Positions 11,697 through 23,220 of a DNA stretch of 64,000 bases are shown here, piece after piece. The DNA lies in NCBI GenBank assembly GCA_044892505.1, contig CM097883.1, forward strand, positions 408,456,001 to 408,520,000, in the 5' to 3' direction. Each line of letters opens with the position of its first letter. The first letter of the stretch is position 1. This stretch comes from Schmidtea nova (lineage: Eukaryota). The notes under the pieces were generated by a model that made no database searches, had not been told where the DNA came from, and worked only from the letters and a program-made list of their open reading frames with translations. Both the position numbers and the translations under genes were made by a program.

Positions 11697-12620
11697 TTAA
11701 GATTTGTTGACAGTAACAGTAAAAGCAGGTATAACCGGAAACTGTCTTCTGTTTAGCGCGAATTGAAGGTTATTGCCCTTAGGTGCTAGGTCTACCCGAG
11801 GTATGTTCACGATTTGGCCTTGATTACACACTGAAATAATTTCTACTGTGATTGAGTAGCGCTGAAGACTCCTAACAATCAAACAGGTTCCATTGCAAAG
11901 TCTTCTTTTTGCTGAAAGATTACGAATCAAGTTGATAAGGACTCCTGGTTTTTGAATTAGTTGATGAGGCGACATTCCAAAAAGACAGAGAGTTTGTGTT
12001 TAAATATTCTTTTGGATAGTTGGTGGCATCATTGTGATCATATGAGACGATCTAGTCTGTGATGTAGCCGATACGTTCGTTGCCGGGTTGCTGCTTAATT
12101 ATTTCCTTGTTTATATTTAAGCAAACATTATTAGCGGACGCCAACACCACTCTTTTTATTAGTTCATCAGTCGACAGTTGTTGGATATTCTTTTCGTAGA
12201 TGGTTTCCACAATCGGCTTGAAGTTACTATGTCCTTGGTAATTTCAATTGCTACATCAGGAAGTCAATTAGTTGTTTGAGTTGTTCCAGATCCAATTTCC
12301 AAAAGCCAGTTGTGGAAATCATGTTGACCTTCACTTCTCATGTTGTTTGTAATTGATAACTTTATAAAACGTTTCCACAGATCGGGCGATTTTATGCACC
12401 ATTCGATAATGTCAACTTTGCTTCCACGAGTTACTACAGTTAACGTTTGTCGAAAATCTCCTCCTGTCATTATTAATTTCTCTCAAAACGGTATTTCCAC
12501 TTTTAAAAGTTCTTATAAAAATTGATCGATACAACTAGAACCATGTTTATCCGTGACTGTACATTCATCTATTACACCGTGTTTCACTCAGTAACATCAG
12601 CTATAATGCACGTGAATGTG
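11697..12620 (-). pseudogene. Helitron PIF1-like helicase remnant
   Basis: Motif II (IDECT), GGDFRQTL...NNMRS and RNLSAKRRLCNGT...IPRVDLAP...RRQFPVIPAFTVTVNKS, broken by frameshifts. Confidence 0.85.
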
Positions 12621-13229
12621 ACGCATCCAAGGTTATTGCCAATTTTTTTTGAAAATTTTTTTTGCATTAGCCATTTTAAAATGCCTTTCAAGTAATTTAA
12701 TTTATTTGGATACCTTTTAAGGCTTTTATTTTGATCTCATAATGATATGAAATCACTAAAAAACGTTAATAGATTATCTGTGCTCTACAATTTTATTTTT
12801 AATCACTTTGTACGAAATTATGACTTAAAAAGAAAATTTTGGAATTATTTAAAATCAAAGTTAAAATGATTTTTAACTAGCATTTATTTATAAAACACTA
12901 ATCTTCGAGACTTACTAGTACATTTTCTGTTTTTGATAGATGACCATATTTTACATTTATAAATAATATTTCTTATCGAATTTTGTGGTATTCCAAGTGA
13001 ACTTTCCAAATGAAAATGGTAATGGCTATTTTCAATGGTATTTATTATCCTACTTTGGCAATGTCTGAAATCCTAATGACAATCTAATAATTTTTTAAAT
13101 ATATATTATTTGAACTTTCGATTATTGAACATTTTTTCGGGTATCAAGTGCTGCGTAATCGGTAGACGTACCTGGAATATATGAAAGGCCAAGAACATTG
13201 TAAATATTGATAATTCATCCCATAGTACA

Positions 13230-13440
13230 TCCACATCTATGCAAAACGTTATAGTTATTAGTGAAGGATTTTCTGAAATTCTTTGAAAATATAAATTTAT
13301 TATAACTTAAAATATAGAACCTACGATGTTATTTCATCATTTTCCCGAAAACTCAGAGTAAATTGCTTTGAAACACTTAAAAAATTCATCCGCCACATTT
13401 AAATTTCAATAATTGTATAAATTAAAATTTTATATGTTGC
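13230..13440 (+). repeat. Dispersed repeat, homologous to ~59865-60060
   Basis: Shared GATTTTCTGAAATTCT..GAAAATA..TTTATTATAACTTAAA..TACGATG.TATTTCATCATTTTC.CGAAAACT block. Confidence 0.65.
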
Positions 13441-13901
13441 ATTTACCCATTGAAACGGTTAACACATCTGAAAGTTTGCATCTGTTTTTTGTTTTGTGTG
13501 TTCTTAGATTTTTTCTATCTCTTTTTACGACATACACTTTTTTCATGCATTAAGAGTTTTTATAATATAAGATAAAAATTACCAATACCGAATGAAAACT
13601 TACATTGATGTTAAATTTTGATTTTACATAGCTTAAGAGATTTATTTTGTGATAGACAAAGCGGAAAAAATAAATAATACACACAAACACACACACTATG
13701 AAAAATGCATGCAAACATTAAAAGGTAAATTATTTTACGCGATTAAGAGATCTATAATAAATTTATTTATTTTTTAAATATAATTTTTTGGGTAAATATT
13801 TAAAATATTTCCTAGGGGAGTTGTCGAAAAAATGGATAAATAACGTCGTAAATTTTATTTTAATATAAAATTTCATATATTTCAGTTACTCTTAAACTAT
13901 G

Positions 13902-14560
13902 AAAACAGGTGTATAAATGAGTAAAACAGCAATGAATAAGGTACATGTAGGTGTGCATTTTTAATAAATGGTTAATTGATATATTATATATAAAACTATA
14001 TTTATATATTGAACTAATTTTTTTTTCGATTTTCTTTAATTTTGTTTTGTTTATCATTTTTCAATTTTTCTCCATCATCCTTTTCATTTAATAATATTAC
14101 ATTTCAATCGATCAATTGATTCAATTTAACGCATAATCCAAATTGATAATTGATACCATTCACTTTATACATATATTTTTTTCATCACTCACATAAAAAA
14201 TTATTTCTTAACTGATATACTATAGGTGTATAAAAACAGGTGTATAAATGAGTAAAACAGCAATGAATAAGGTACATGTAGGTGTGCATTTTTAATAAAT
14301 GGTTAATTGATATATTATATATAAAACTATATTTATATATTGAACTAATTTTTTTTTCGATTTTCTTTAATTTTGTTTTGTTTATAATTTTTCAATTTTT
14401 CTCCATCATCCTTTTCATTTAATATTATTACATTTCAATCGATCAATTGATTCAATTTAACGCATAATCCAAATTGATAATTGATACCATTCACTTTATA
14501 CATATATTTTTTTCATCACTCACATAAAAAATTATTTCTTAACTGATATACTATACTTTT
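13902..14560. repeat. Tandem duplication, 331-bp period
   Basis: AAAACAGGTGTATAAATGAGTAAAACAGCAATG... at ~13902 and ~14233; the two units are near-identical. Confidence 0.9.
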
Positions 14561-14914
14561 TATTAAATAATGTCCAAAGAAAATAATTTTTTTTCACCAA
14601 TTTAATTTTTAATTAAATATTATCTATGGATATATGCAATATGTTTGTTTATGTTTTTCCTAGGAAAAATAAAATTTTTTTTCCGGTATACAAAATTGAA
14701 AATCCAATAAAAAAAAGCTTACTATGTGGTTTTGATATTTCACGACCACAATTCACAATTACATATTACAAACCACTGCGACTACGACACTATTTGTTTG
14801 ATTATTTTCAACCAGTGGCCTCTCTTAGGAAATTTTTTAAATTATTCATAATTTTTTTTGTAATATCATAAATTATATTTGAAAGTGCAAATTTTATCAA
14901 ATTTATGGCTTTTA

Positions 14915-14989
14915 TAAAATTTAAGGCGCCCCTTCACTCACGGCGCCAACTGTGCTTAGCACAGTTAGCACAATGGAAGAGACGGCGCT

Positions 14990-14991
<2 letters not shown>
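14915..14991. mobile_element. Single hAT-like terminus abutting a TA run
   Basis: GC-rich GGCGCC/GCACA subterminal motifs ending GAGACGGCGCTG; no partner end found. Confidence 0.3.
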
Positions 14992-15057
<66 letters not shown>

Positions 15058-15197
15058 ATTAACCATTTCTGTGGTTTTTTCTCTAACTTGTATTCATTTC
15101 CTCCATTATTAAATAAATGATTTCTTTGAAAAAATGCAATAACAAAAAATTATCAAAAATTAATTTTTTTATTTAAATTTATTTACCATTTATCCAG

Positions 15198-15916
15198 AAT
15201 CAAATTAATTCACTAACACAACAACTATCTAAACTCCAAAATGAATCACAAAATTCAAAGAAAGAAAAGCTAGACAAGCAAAAGAAAAATGTTTGTACTA
15301 AACAAAAATGATTACATCAAATAATAATGTTCTCCTTTAGACCAACCTTGGTGCCTCGTCAGCAAATGACCAATTAACCGATTGCACTAAAATCAAAAAT
15401 GAAATTCAGTACCCCATTATCGAATGTACAAATATCATAAACGGTGTACGATATTCCCCATTTATTTGGAGAATTGAAAATTTCTCCGCTAAAAAAAATA
15501 CAGCGAAAAATGTCTGCGATTCGTTTATTTTAAGTGATTCATTTTATTCACACGTGAATGGATATAAACTTTGTTTGACTCTTTTTCCTGACGGTTCAAA
15601 TGTGTCACAAAATGATTGGCTGTGCGTTGGATTTCATTTGATGCAAGGTGAATACGACAAGGATTTGATTTGGCCAATGATGAGGAATGTGACGATTGGA
15701 TTGGTTAATCAGAAATCCAATGAAAGTTATGTGAGCGAAACATATAATGTCAGTTATGCTCCTGAAAATAGTAGATACAAATTTTTTAAGCCAACTTGCG
15801 GGTTGAACGAAGCTTTTGTTGCGTATAAATTTGTCAAATTCAGTGAGTTGACATCCAATGGAAATCTGTGTAGGAAGGAATGTATTGTTATCAAATGCAT
15901 TGTAGAAAAGAATTAA
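15198..15916 (+). CDS. TRAF-like 3' half: coiled-coil exon 15198-15290, 50-nt intron, MATH exon 15341-15916; inverted duplicate of the gene at 27014-27717, no RING exon seen
   Basis: CAG/GT/TAG splice sites, all phase 0. MATH motifs PFIWRIENF, SDSFYSHVNGYKLCL, GEYDKDLIWP. Confidence 0.82.
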
Positions 15917-16486
15917 ACGAATTCGAATTTCGAATAAAAATGGATTTGATATCATTTTTCTTGATTTTTTAGCAGATTTCCATTTTAATGTTTAATATAG
16001 ATTGGCATCATTTGTCTTTTTTAATGGAAATATTTTTGTATTAAATGGTAAATAGTCAAGTAAAAATATTTGGAACCGGCCAATTTGGATATAGATGATT
16101 TGGATAATAAATATTAAATAGAAACAACTTGCACGAGAAAGTTTTTCTTGAAAAATGTTTTTTTTGAAATAATGTTTTTAATTGATGAAAATATTTGTGT
16201 ACGGCATTTTTGAATGCTGATTCCAAAAAAGAGGTTAAATTGTCCCTCACGTCCGGTTTTTTTTATATAAAACGATATCGAAAATGAGTAAAAAGGTTAT
16301 TTTGAAGTAAAATCAGCCTAATGTAAACAGACAGTCAAAGATAATTGAATTACACAAAACTGTAAATGTTACTACTGCTAATATTCGTGAGTATAATCAA
16401 AAGTCACATTAAAGAGTTTCTAGATAGAAGTGTTGGTTGTGCGTTGAGAAAATTCAAATTAATATTGTTATTAATCAACGGTCACG

Positions 16487-16613
16487 CAACAACACATAAA
16501 TGTTCCCTGTGCGTATAACCGTATATACTTTACTGTATACACGTTGGTACTGTATAAGACAGTCTAATGCAAGTCGGCAGGTGAGCGCCTTTGTTAGAGC
16601 TACTCCCGGCTTG
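16487..16613 (-). ncRNA. Conserved structured RNA motif, copy 2
   Basis: Minus strand CAAGCCGG-GAGTA-GCTCTAACAAAGGCGC-TCACCTG-CCGACTTG (16613-16570), then CCAAC-GTGTATAC-AGTAAA-GTATATAC. Confidence 0.5.
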
Positions 16614-17170
16614 TCATTCTGGAAGGTTTCATGCCGCAGATAAAATTTCTTACGCGTCTAAATATTTTTTATTTCCAAAGGTCCTTTAAATTTATCAATA
16701 CCTAACTTTTAATATCAATACTCATCTTATTTAAAATATTGCACCTATTTATCCTAAGAATCTTTATCGTTTTCTCCCTACCTCAACTGACTTATAAAAT
16801 GTGGTTCGTAATCCTACTATTAATGCTTCTATATCGTATATACTTTCATGCTATTTTCCTGTTTAATGCTCTTATGTGTTATTGTGCGCTTTAAATTGTC
16901 CTCTTTTTGTATTTATTTAAATTTTGACGTATTTAAGCAAAAATCGAGCCTCACTTTTTCCAGCCCAACAGAAGAATTATTATTTTGCAACAAACAAAAA
17001 TTACCCATTAATACTTGGATATGCCCGGCCTTCTGTAAAGATTCTCAAGAGACTATGGTCTGGTTTTATTTCATGTCATGTCTCTCAAAGTTCATTTCGT
17101 CAAGAATTATCTTTACTTTTGCTTGTTTGTTGGTTAGAATTTCAATGGAGGTTATACTTGATTTTATAGG

Positions 17171-17344
17171 TTAGGGTAACCTCGCCAACATAAAAACGCT
17201 TCCCCGCTGACACCCATGATGTATCCCTAACTACTCATCATGTTGGAACTGTGTCAACGTTGTGAAATGACAAGGCAGGTGAGCAACCTTGCGGCTACTA
17301 TTCCCTTGTTTATTCACGAGTCCACTACTACCGTTAGAAGGTCT
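17171..17344 (-). ncRNA. Conserved structured RNA motif, copy 3
   Basis: Minus strand AGACCTTCTA, CAAGG-GAATA-GTAGCC-GCAA-GGTTGC-TCACCTG-CCTTG, CCAAC-ATGATG...TTAGGG...CATCAT-GGG...TGTTGG...CCCTAA. Confidence 0.62.
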
Positions 17345-17539
17345 GTGTGGTTTTCTTCCGGTCCCTAACATTAATTTAAGTTCATTAGGTCTAGGGTGCA
17401 TTTACTTGCTTTATATCCTTTGGCCGAAAATGAATTGGTTTTTTTCAATCATTCCATTTACTTAAATTCACATTCATTTCTCATACATTCGTAATACTAC
17501 AATTGAACTATGATACTTTTATTTCAATTTATCAATACT

Positions 17540-18077
17540 GCGGGGTTAATAACAGCCAGTAATTGTTTTTCGGTAAGACCGCTCAGGAGCTCTACTTCGA
17601 TCTAGATTCGTTCTGCATATTCCCTTCTTGCCTTCTTTTAGCGCTTAACCGATTCCGTCCTTTAGTCCGTTTAGACCCTTAGGTTTTCGGAGTACTTTCT
17701 GGGGGTTCTGGATTCGAGTTCAAAATCATCTCCGTCTGTACGCCCATCGAGACGCTGCTTGATTTTACCCATCGATCAAAGGTGCTGGTTCGTATGAGTG
17801 GCCGTAATTGCTGTTCAATGAACTCCTTAGTAGAAGCCCGCAGATAATTACTTAATTCCAACTTTACAGCGGCCGTCTTTCGCGCTTGCTCTTCCGCTAT
17901 TCTTTCGGCACGATATCTAGCCTGTTGTATGACCTTTACTCGTTCCGGGTGGAACCAAGTCGATTTTATTAATTGATGTTCGGCATCCAACTGCCGAAAT
18001 CGACCTTCAAGAGCCTTGACTCTTTTCTTAGCTTCCTTAGCCTCTGCTCTTTAGTCGTGGGTCTTGGCGGCACACAT
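17540..18077 (-). pseudogene. Cassette ORF2 (coiled-coil plus basic C-terminus), with stops and frameshifts
   Basis: TTTCAG acceptor immediately before 18077. WF...R.K...RA.R.AE...K.EL..YL...IE..LR..IR...WV pattern shared with 21883-22476. Confidence 0.7.
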
Positions 18078-18333
18078 CTGAAACGAGAAAATGAGTAGAT
18101 TAGTATGTTCTCTGCAACCACATTTTTCACGCATCTCGCTCATTCTCATAGTTTACATATCGTCGTCATTTACAATTGTGCACAGTTAAGTCACGCCCCG
18201 AGGTCATTAATCTCTTTAACGACATCACCCCCTTTCTTTATCTCATACATTCCAATCAACTACAAAATTCACAAAATCATTTATTTATTATTCATGAACA
18301 GTAATCAGTCTATCCCAATGATGCGATGAATTT

Positions 18334-19055
18334 TCACAGATATTCGACCAGTTCTTGGTCATAGGCTCGATCCATTAGTCCTCTGCCATTGGTTTGATAG
18401 ATTTTTGTGCAGGGCTCCCAGCAAAGTCCATCTTGGAAGATGAATACTTCCCATAGTCGAGTTTCTTCCTCCCACTGCTGCGGATTCATATTCCTGTTTC
18501 CTGGGGCATTGAGATACGGATGGAGTGTACCCGTGTAGATACATATTGGCTCATTCAACAGGATATAGTCTAGCTGGCGGAATTCGGGCCCTGACATGGA
18601 GTTGAATGACAATACCCATCGGGGTTTGGCCTGGTGGTCCTCGAATTGGATGAACCATTTCGGCTGCCTCGGCACTTGAATGCTTAGCGATGTCGGCCAC
18701 TATGGGTCACCTTCCCACCGATTTCGGGTTTTGAAGAATGATGTTACCGGTTGCACGTCTGGATCTATATGGCTACGGTTCCACTCCCTGAGGTGGCGTT
18801 CTGCCACTTTTCTGATGGCTTCAGGAATTGTATTTGCATCTACGAATGTTAGTTTGCGCGACTGAGCTCGCAAGGGTCGTGACTTTCTTTTTTCTGGCAT
18901 CTGAATGATGGTGGCTATTAGTTTTCATCTAGTTTACGTCATCACCTCCACATTCATCCACTCTACTCATCATTCCTCATATTAGGTCATTCATTCATAC
19001 ACCATCAATAAAAAGTTTTACTTACCAGTACTTCGATTTTCAGTTGATTGTACAT
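18334..19055 (-). pseudogene. Cassette ORF1: short exon 19055-19026, intron, then 18900-18334 with one in-frame TAG
   Basis: The listed ORFs 18700-18900 and 18334-18675 share a frame. Donor GTAAGT at 19025, acceptor CATTCAG directly before ATG at 18900. Confidence 0.55.
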
Positions 19056-19439
19056 TTTGTTTTCTGATGTTAATGGTTTATGGACTTAAGAAATATTTTG
19101 GAAAATATTGAGCGATCGATTTTCTGGAGCAACACAAAAAAAAGTGGCAAAACAATTTCTTGCATGAATAAATAGCAATGGCTATAAATAAATAATGTTT
19201 GGGTAATAGTCGCATGTGCACGTATAAATGTTCGCCACCACTGGTTTAAAGTTTCAAGCAACCTGAATCTTTCAGTTTTCTTTTCATTACGATTTTTATA
19301 TAATTGAATGCAAAATATGCTCTTTTATTTTCATAGATTTATAACTCTTTCCGTGCTTTTTATATAGAAAAATTGTTCCTGTTATTTAGTAGAAGACTTT
19401 TTATTTTGAACACAACAAAATTTAAAACTTAAATGATGT

Positions 19440-19630
19440 GAATCTTTTAATATAACACCTTGAGTATCCTACTCCCACTGTTCTCTTGCATCTGCGCAAG
19501 TATGAGTCAAGAGTTGGTTATTCTTCGTGTCACTCTCAGGGGGTTAGACTGACGGGCGAATCCACTCCCTCCAAGTGACTCACGCAAGCATACTCGCGTC
19601 AAAAACAAGCTGGAAATATTCACAGTGAGT
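19440..19630 (+). mobile_element. LTR-like fragment related to the solo LTR at 55407-56263
   Basis: CACTCT..GGGGGTTAGAC...CTCCCTC..TGACTCACGCAAG resembles CACTCT..GAGGGTAGAAC...CTCCCTC.CTGACACGCAAG at 55554-55612. Confidence 0.4.
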
Positions 19631-19867
19631 TCGCGACTCAAAAAGCCCAAAAAACAACAAAAAAGAAAAAAAATCATTTTTATTTCTTGCTTCTTTCATT
19701 GAGAAGACATTGATAGAAAATACATCATTAATATTTTTCGAAAAACATCAACTTGGAATAAAAAATAAAATAGGCAACCAGGCATGAGCCGGTGCAAATG
19801 ATATACAAAAAAATGACACGGCAAAAACAATCAATTTGGCATACCAAAAATACAAAAATTGATAATA

Positions 19868-20445
19868 GTTTCTCTGGATAAAATTAATACTTTATACTAA
19901 TTTTAAATAAGTCAAATTTTATTTTTATGACAAACATTTTCTTTTGGAATTTTCTCATTTAAGTTACTAAAATTAAAGTAATTAATTATAAAATTCTTTG
20001 AATTTTTTAATTTTTAAATTACTTTCTTTTATTTGGTGTTTCAGAATACTTTTTTTATTTTTTTATTATCAAATCTTTATATTTTATTTTAATTTTAACT
20101 ACTTTAATTTTTACAATTTACTTTTAAAATTTTTCTTATGGGTGATAGTCGCAAAGTTTCTCTGGATAAAATTAATACTTTATACTAATTTTAAATAAGT
20201 TAAATTTTATTTTTATGACAAACATTTTCTTTTGGAATTTTCTCATTTAAGTTACTAAAATTAAAGTAATTAATTATAAAATTCTTTGAATTTTTTAATT
20301 TTTAAATTACTTTCTTTTATTTGGTGTTTGAGAATACTTTTTTTATTTTTTTATTATCAAATCTTTATATTTTACATTAATTTTAACTACTTTAATTTTT
20401 ACAATTTACTTTTAAAATTTTTCTTATGGGTGATAGTCGCAAAGT
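19868..20445. repeat. Tandem duplication, 288-bp period
   Basis: TCTCTGGATAAAATTAATAC at 19871 and 20159; the units are near-identical. Confidence 0.9.
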
Positions 20446-21239
20446 TCCTGTTTGATGTTGCATCATTTACGTATAGCCGGGGCTGAGGATAATTGATTAA
20501 ATAAAATAGCGTTTCATGGACACATGGTTTTCTAGTTTTAATCTCGCAAAGGGTTGTTTTCCTACCACTCAAGAACGGCAGCGCATGGGATATGTAGTAA
20601 CTCTCAGACAATATATTAGGACGAGGGGGAAATGGGGAAAATAAATGGATTCCGAACATAATGACTAATAGAATTTACCCTGCAGAGGTAGACACAGATT
20701 TTCTCAAGTTTATCGCGCACCACTTTAAATCCACACGACATTTACATGACCAAAATCGACTGATCGGAAGCAGCCGAATAAATTTTCATACTGTAAATAG
20801 AACTAATCGATATTTTTCATCAAAAATAAACAAATCAAGTGAGGGTAACTTAAATGTCCAAACAATAATTCAGACACATGCATCAAAAACTTCATAGTAA
20901 TGAATGTCAAGTCCTGAACTCGGATACAAACAGTCGATTTGATTATACACAATTAACGCTAATAATCCTGATCGCTTTAGATAGCGCAGGAGTTTAACGA
21001 GAATTTTTATGATATTTATCCGGATCGCTGTATATAGCGCAGGGAATATATGAAAATAAATTAGAAATTATTCCGATTGTGGTATATCGCAAAGGTGTTG
21101 ATTGAACCAGTAGATTTTTTGTTCTTTTTCCAAATATTTGATTTCTCGCTATAATTTCATGGAGTTTTCTATAAAATAACTCAAAATCTTGATTAATCAA
21201 CCAGTTAATTCGTTAATCCTATTATGGTAATAATGCAGA

Positions 21240-21589
21240 TGGAACCAAATGATGTAGAGAAATTCCTAACTACTCATAGAGAGTCGTCCAAATCCGTCAA
21301 GGCCGGACCCTCTAGGATACTTCGAATGGGGCTAAAAACCTTACCATCATCAATACTGCGGACCGTAAATGCACAAATGTTTAAATGGCGGAGGGAATTT
21401 GGAAAGAAATGCTCGTTCTCCATTTGGAACACCGGCAAGGATCTCGTGTTGTATCGGGGAGGCCCGGGGTGGCCGATTTCCAACCAGAACTACTCATCAA
21501 AGTTTGGACGACTGATAATTACAATAAATGACCGAATCGAGAACCAGCTAAAACTGTTTATTGGGGACATATTCCGCAAAGTGAAATAG
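21240..21589 (+). pseudogene. Cassette ORF1, second copy
   Basis: AATGCAG acceptor directly before ATG GAA CCA. Weak colinear similarity to the 18.9-kb ORF1 (TLPSSI..W.R vs TIPEAI..W.R; GGPGWP vs GDP*WP). Confidence 0.45.
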
Positions 21590-21882
21590 CAGAATTGGGC
21601 CTGCAATTATTGACATCGCCTCGGCCCCTTGGAGATGAATACGAACAGAGCCAACCGAAGTTTTCCCTGAGCAATTTACGTCAATCACCAATAAATCAAG
21701 GGCTTCATGTTGCCTATGTTTTTAGAACAAATTTTCCATTTCATAAATCCGTGTGTATTAGTACAAAATAAATAATTGCGTTTAACTTTCTTATTTTGTT
21801 TCTTGTATTAAGCAGTTATATGCATAGGATCAACTATTCTGAACTAAAATGATAAAATAATCATTTACTTAACTATTTCAGT

Positions 21883-22476
21883 ATGAACTCAGAAACTCAT
21901 CAACAGAAGGAGATCGAGAAGTTATGGTGAATCAAACGGGCTCAAGAGAAAGAGCTGGTTCAAGTAAAAGCCCAGTTATCCAAAGCTGAGGCGCAAATAA
22001 CCTATCTACGAAAAAGTTGGTTTGCTACTGCCAGGATGAAGGATCGAATTTCCTGAACAGAAAGGGCACAACGAACTGCAGAGGACTACAAGTTGGAGTG
22101 GAAGGCCACAAAGATCGAGTTGAGAAAATACCTCCACTCGGTAACGACTTTTTACATTGAAAAGGAGTTGAGGTCGCAAATCTGACCCGTCACTTATCAA
22201 AGTTGGGTGATGGAGCAAAGAACCATGTGCTCGATTGGTACGGATGTCGAAGGACTATCAGATGGGAAAATAGACAACGCCCAGCAGGCTACGAAGGACG
22301 TTCCCACGAGCAACACGCATCTGAAGCGAAAACGGATCAGTCAAAAGCGCCGACGTCAAAAGAAACTTTTCGCCCAGCGGCTCCAGACCCAAGTAGATCG
22401 TTTGTCGAGCCTAACGGAACTCGATTTACTAGCCGAAATCTTTCCACCAGAAGGAACTTTCACCGAATTGTTATAG
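21883..22476 (+). pseudogene. Cassette ORF2, 197 codons with three in-frame TGA and no frameshift
   Basis: TTTCAG acceptor at 21876-21881. TGA at 21928, 22054 and 22183. Aligns along its length with 18077-17540. Confidence 0.72.
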
Positions 22477-22649
22477 TTAATAAAACTTTATACGAAGTGT
22501 GCCGAGATCTTTGTTGTTATTTGGGAATCCTCTCTAATTATAATGCAATTAAACAAAACGTAACTAATTGTAACAATCACATTTTTGGTAAAGCTAAATA
22601 ATAAATAATAAACACATACGAAATACATTAATGAATTAGTAAATAAAGC

Positions 22650-22837
22650 GTCAGACTTCCTAGCGGCAGCATGAACCCGTGAACATAAATGGGGAGTAGT
22701 TCTAGTAATAGAGCTCACCTGCCCATCATTGTTCAATCACCTTGCGCATCACCAACTTGGTTATATAGGGAAATAATCAAGGGCGCTCGAGTGAGAAAGA
22801 AACTACTTATGCATGATCATGGATGTGGTATCCCTAG
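22650..22837 (+). ncRNA. Conserved structured RNA motif, copy 4
   Basis: ATGGG-GAGTA-GTTCTA-GTAA-TAGAGC-TCACCTG-CCCAT (22689-22726); CCAAC-TTGGTT..TAGGG..AATCAA-GGG...TCCCTAG. Confidence 0.6.
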
Positions 22838-23220
22838 CCACTATTAGAAATTATGGTCTAACCCCTCCATGAACCCAGCATTTGTACGAAGTCTTAAAAT
22901 GAAAAGTTCTGTAATAGAAACGCAGTGATCAAAGGTGAAATAAAGAGATAAAAATGCTAATATTTTCTATATAAATTAAATTGAAACGCTTTTATAATTT
23001 TTGTAAATTGTTGTCACTTTCCCCGATCCCTAAAAAAAGACTTTTTTTAAATTGCAATTATTAAAAATAATTTCTTAAATAGTTTATTTCTTTTTTAAAC
23101 GAATTGTCGAAATATGCCTAAGAATAGCAAGAATTGCTAACTATATATCCGCATTAAAAAAAGATGAAAATACAAAATGTATAGAATGATAAATCGCAGA
23201 ATTAAAGAAAGGAAATAGCG

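Noticed and set aside
15605-15955. Antisense ORFs over the MATH exons (also 26975-27325, 50518-51024, 57880-58074)
   Set aside because: Shadows of the TRAF coding strand with no recognisable motifs.
17171-17246. Pistol ribozyme or telomerase-RNA identity for the TTAGGG/CCCTAA pseudoknot
   Set aside because: The pairing resembles pistol's pseudoknot, but the AAA linker and the GCG after CCCUAA are absent. The telomeric hexamer occurs singly and is not conserved in all copies.
22480-22840. SECIS element explaining the TGA codons in ORF2
   Set aside because: No AUGA/GA quartet with an apical AA is evident, and one TGA aligns with conserved Arg, favouring mutation.
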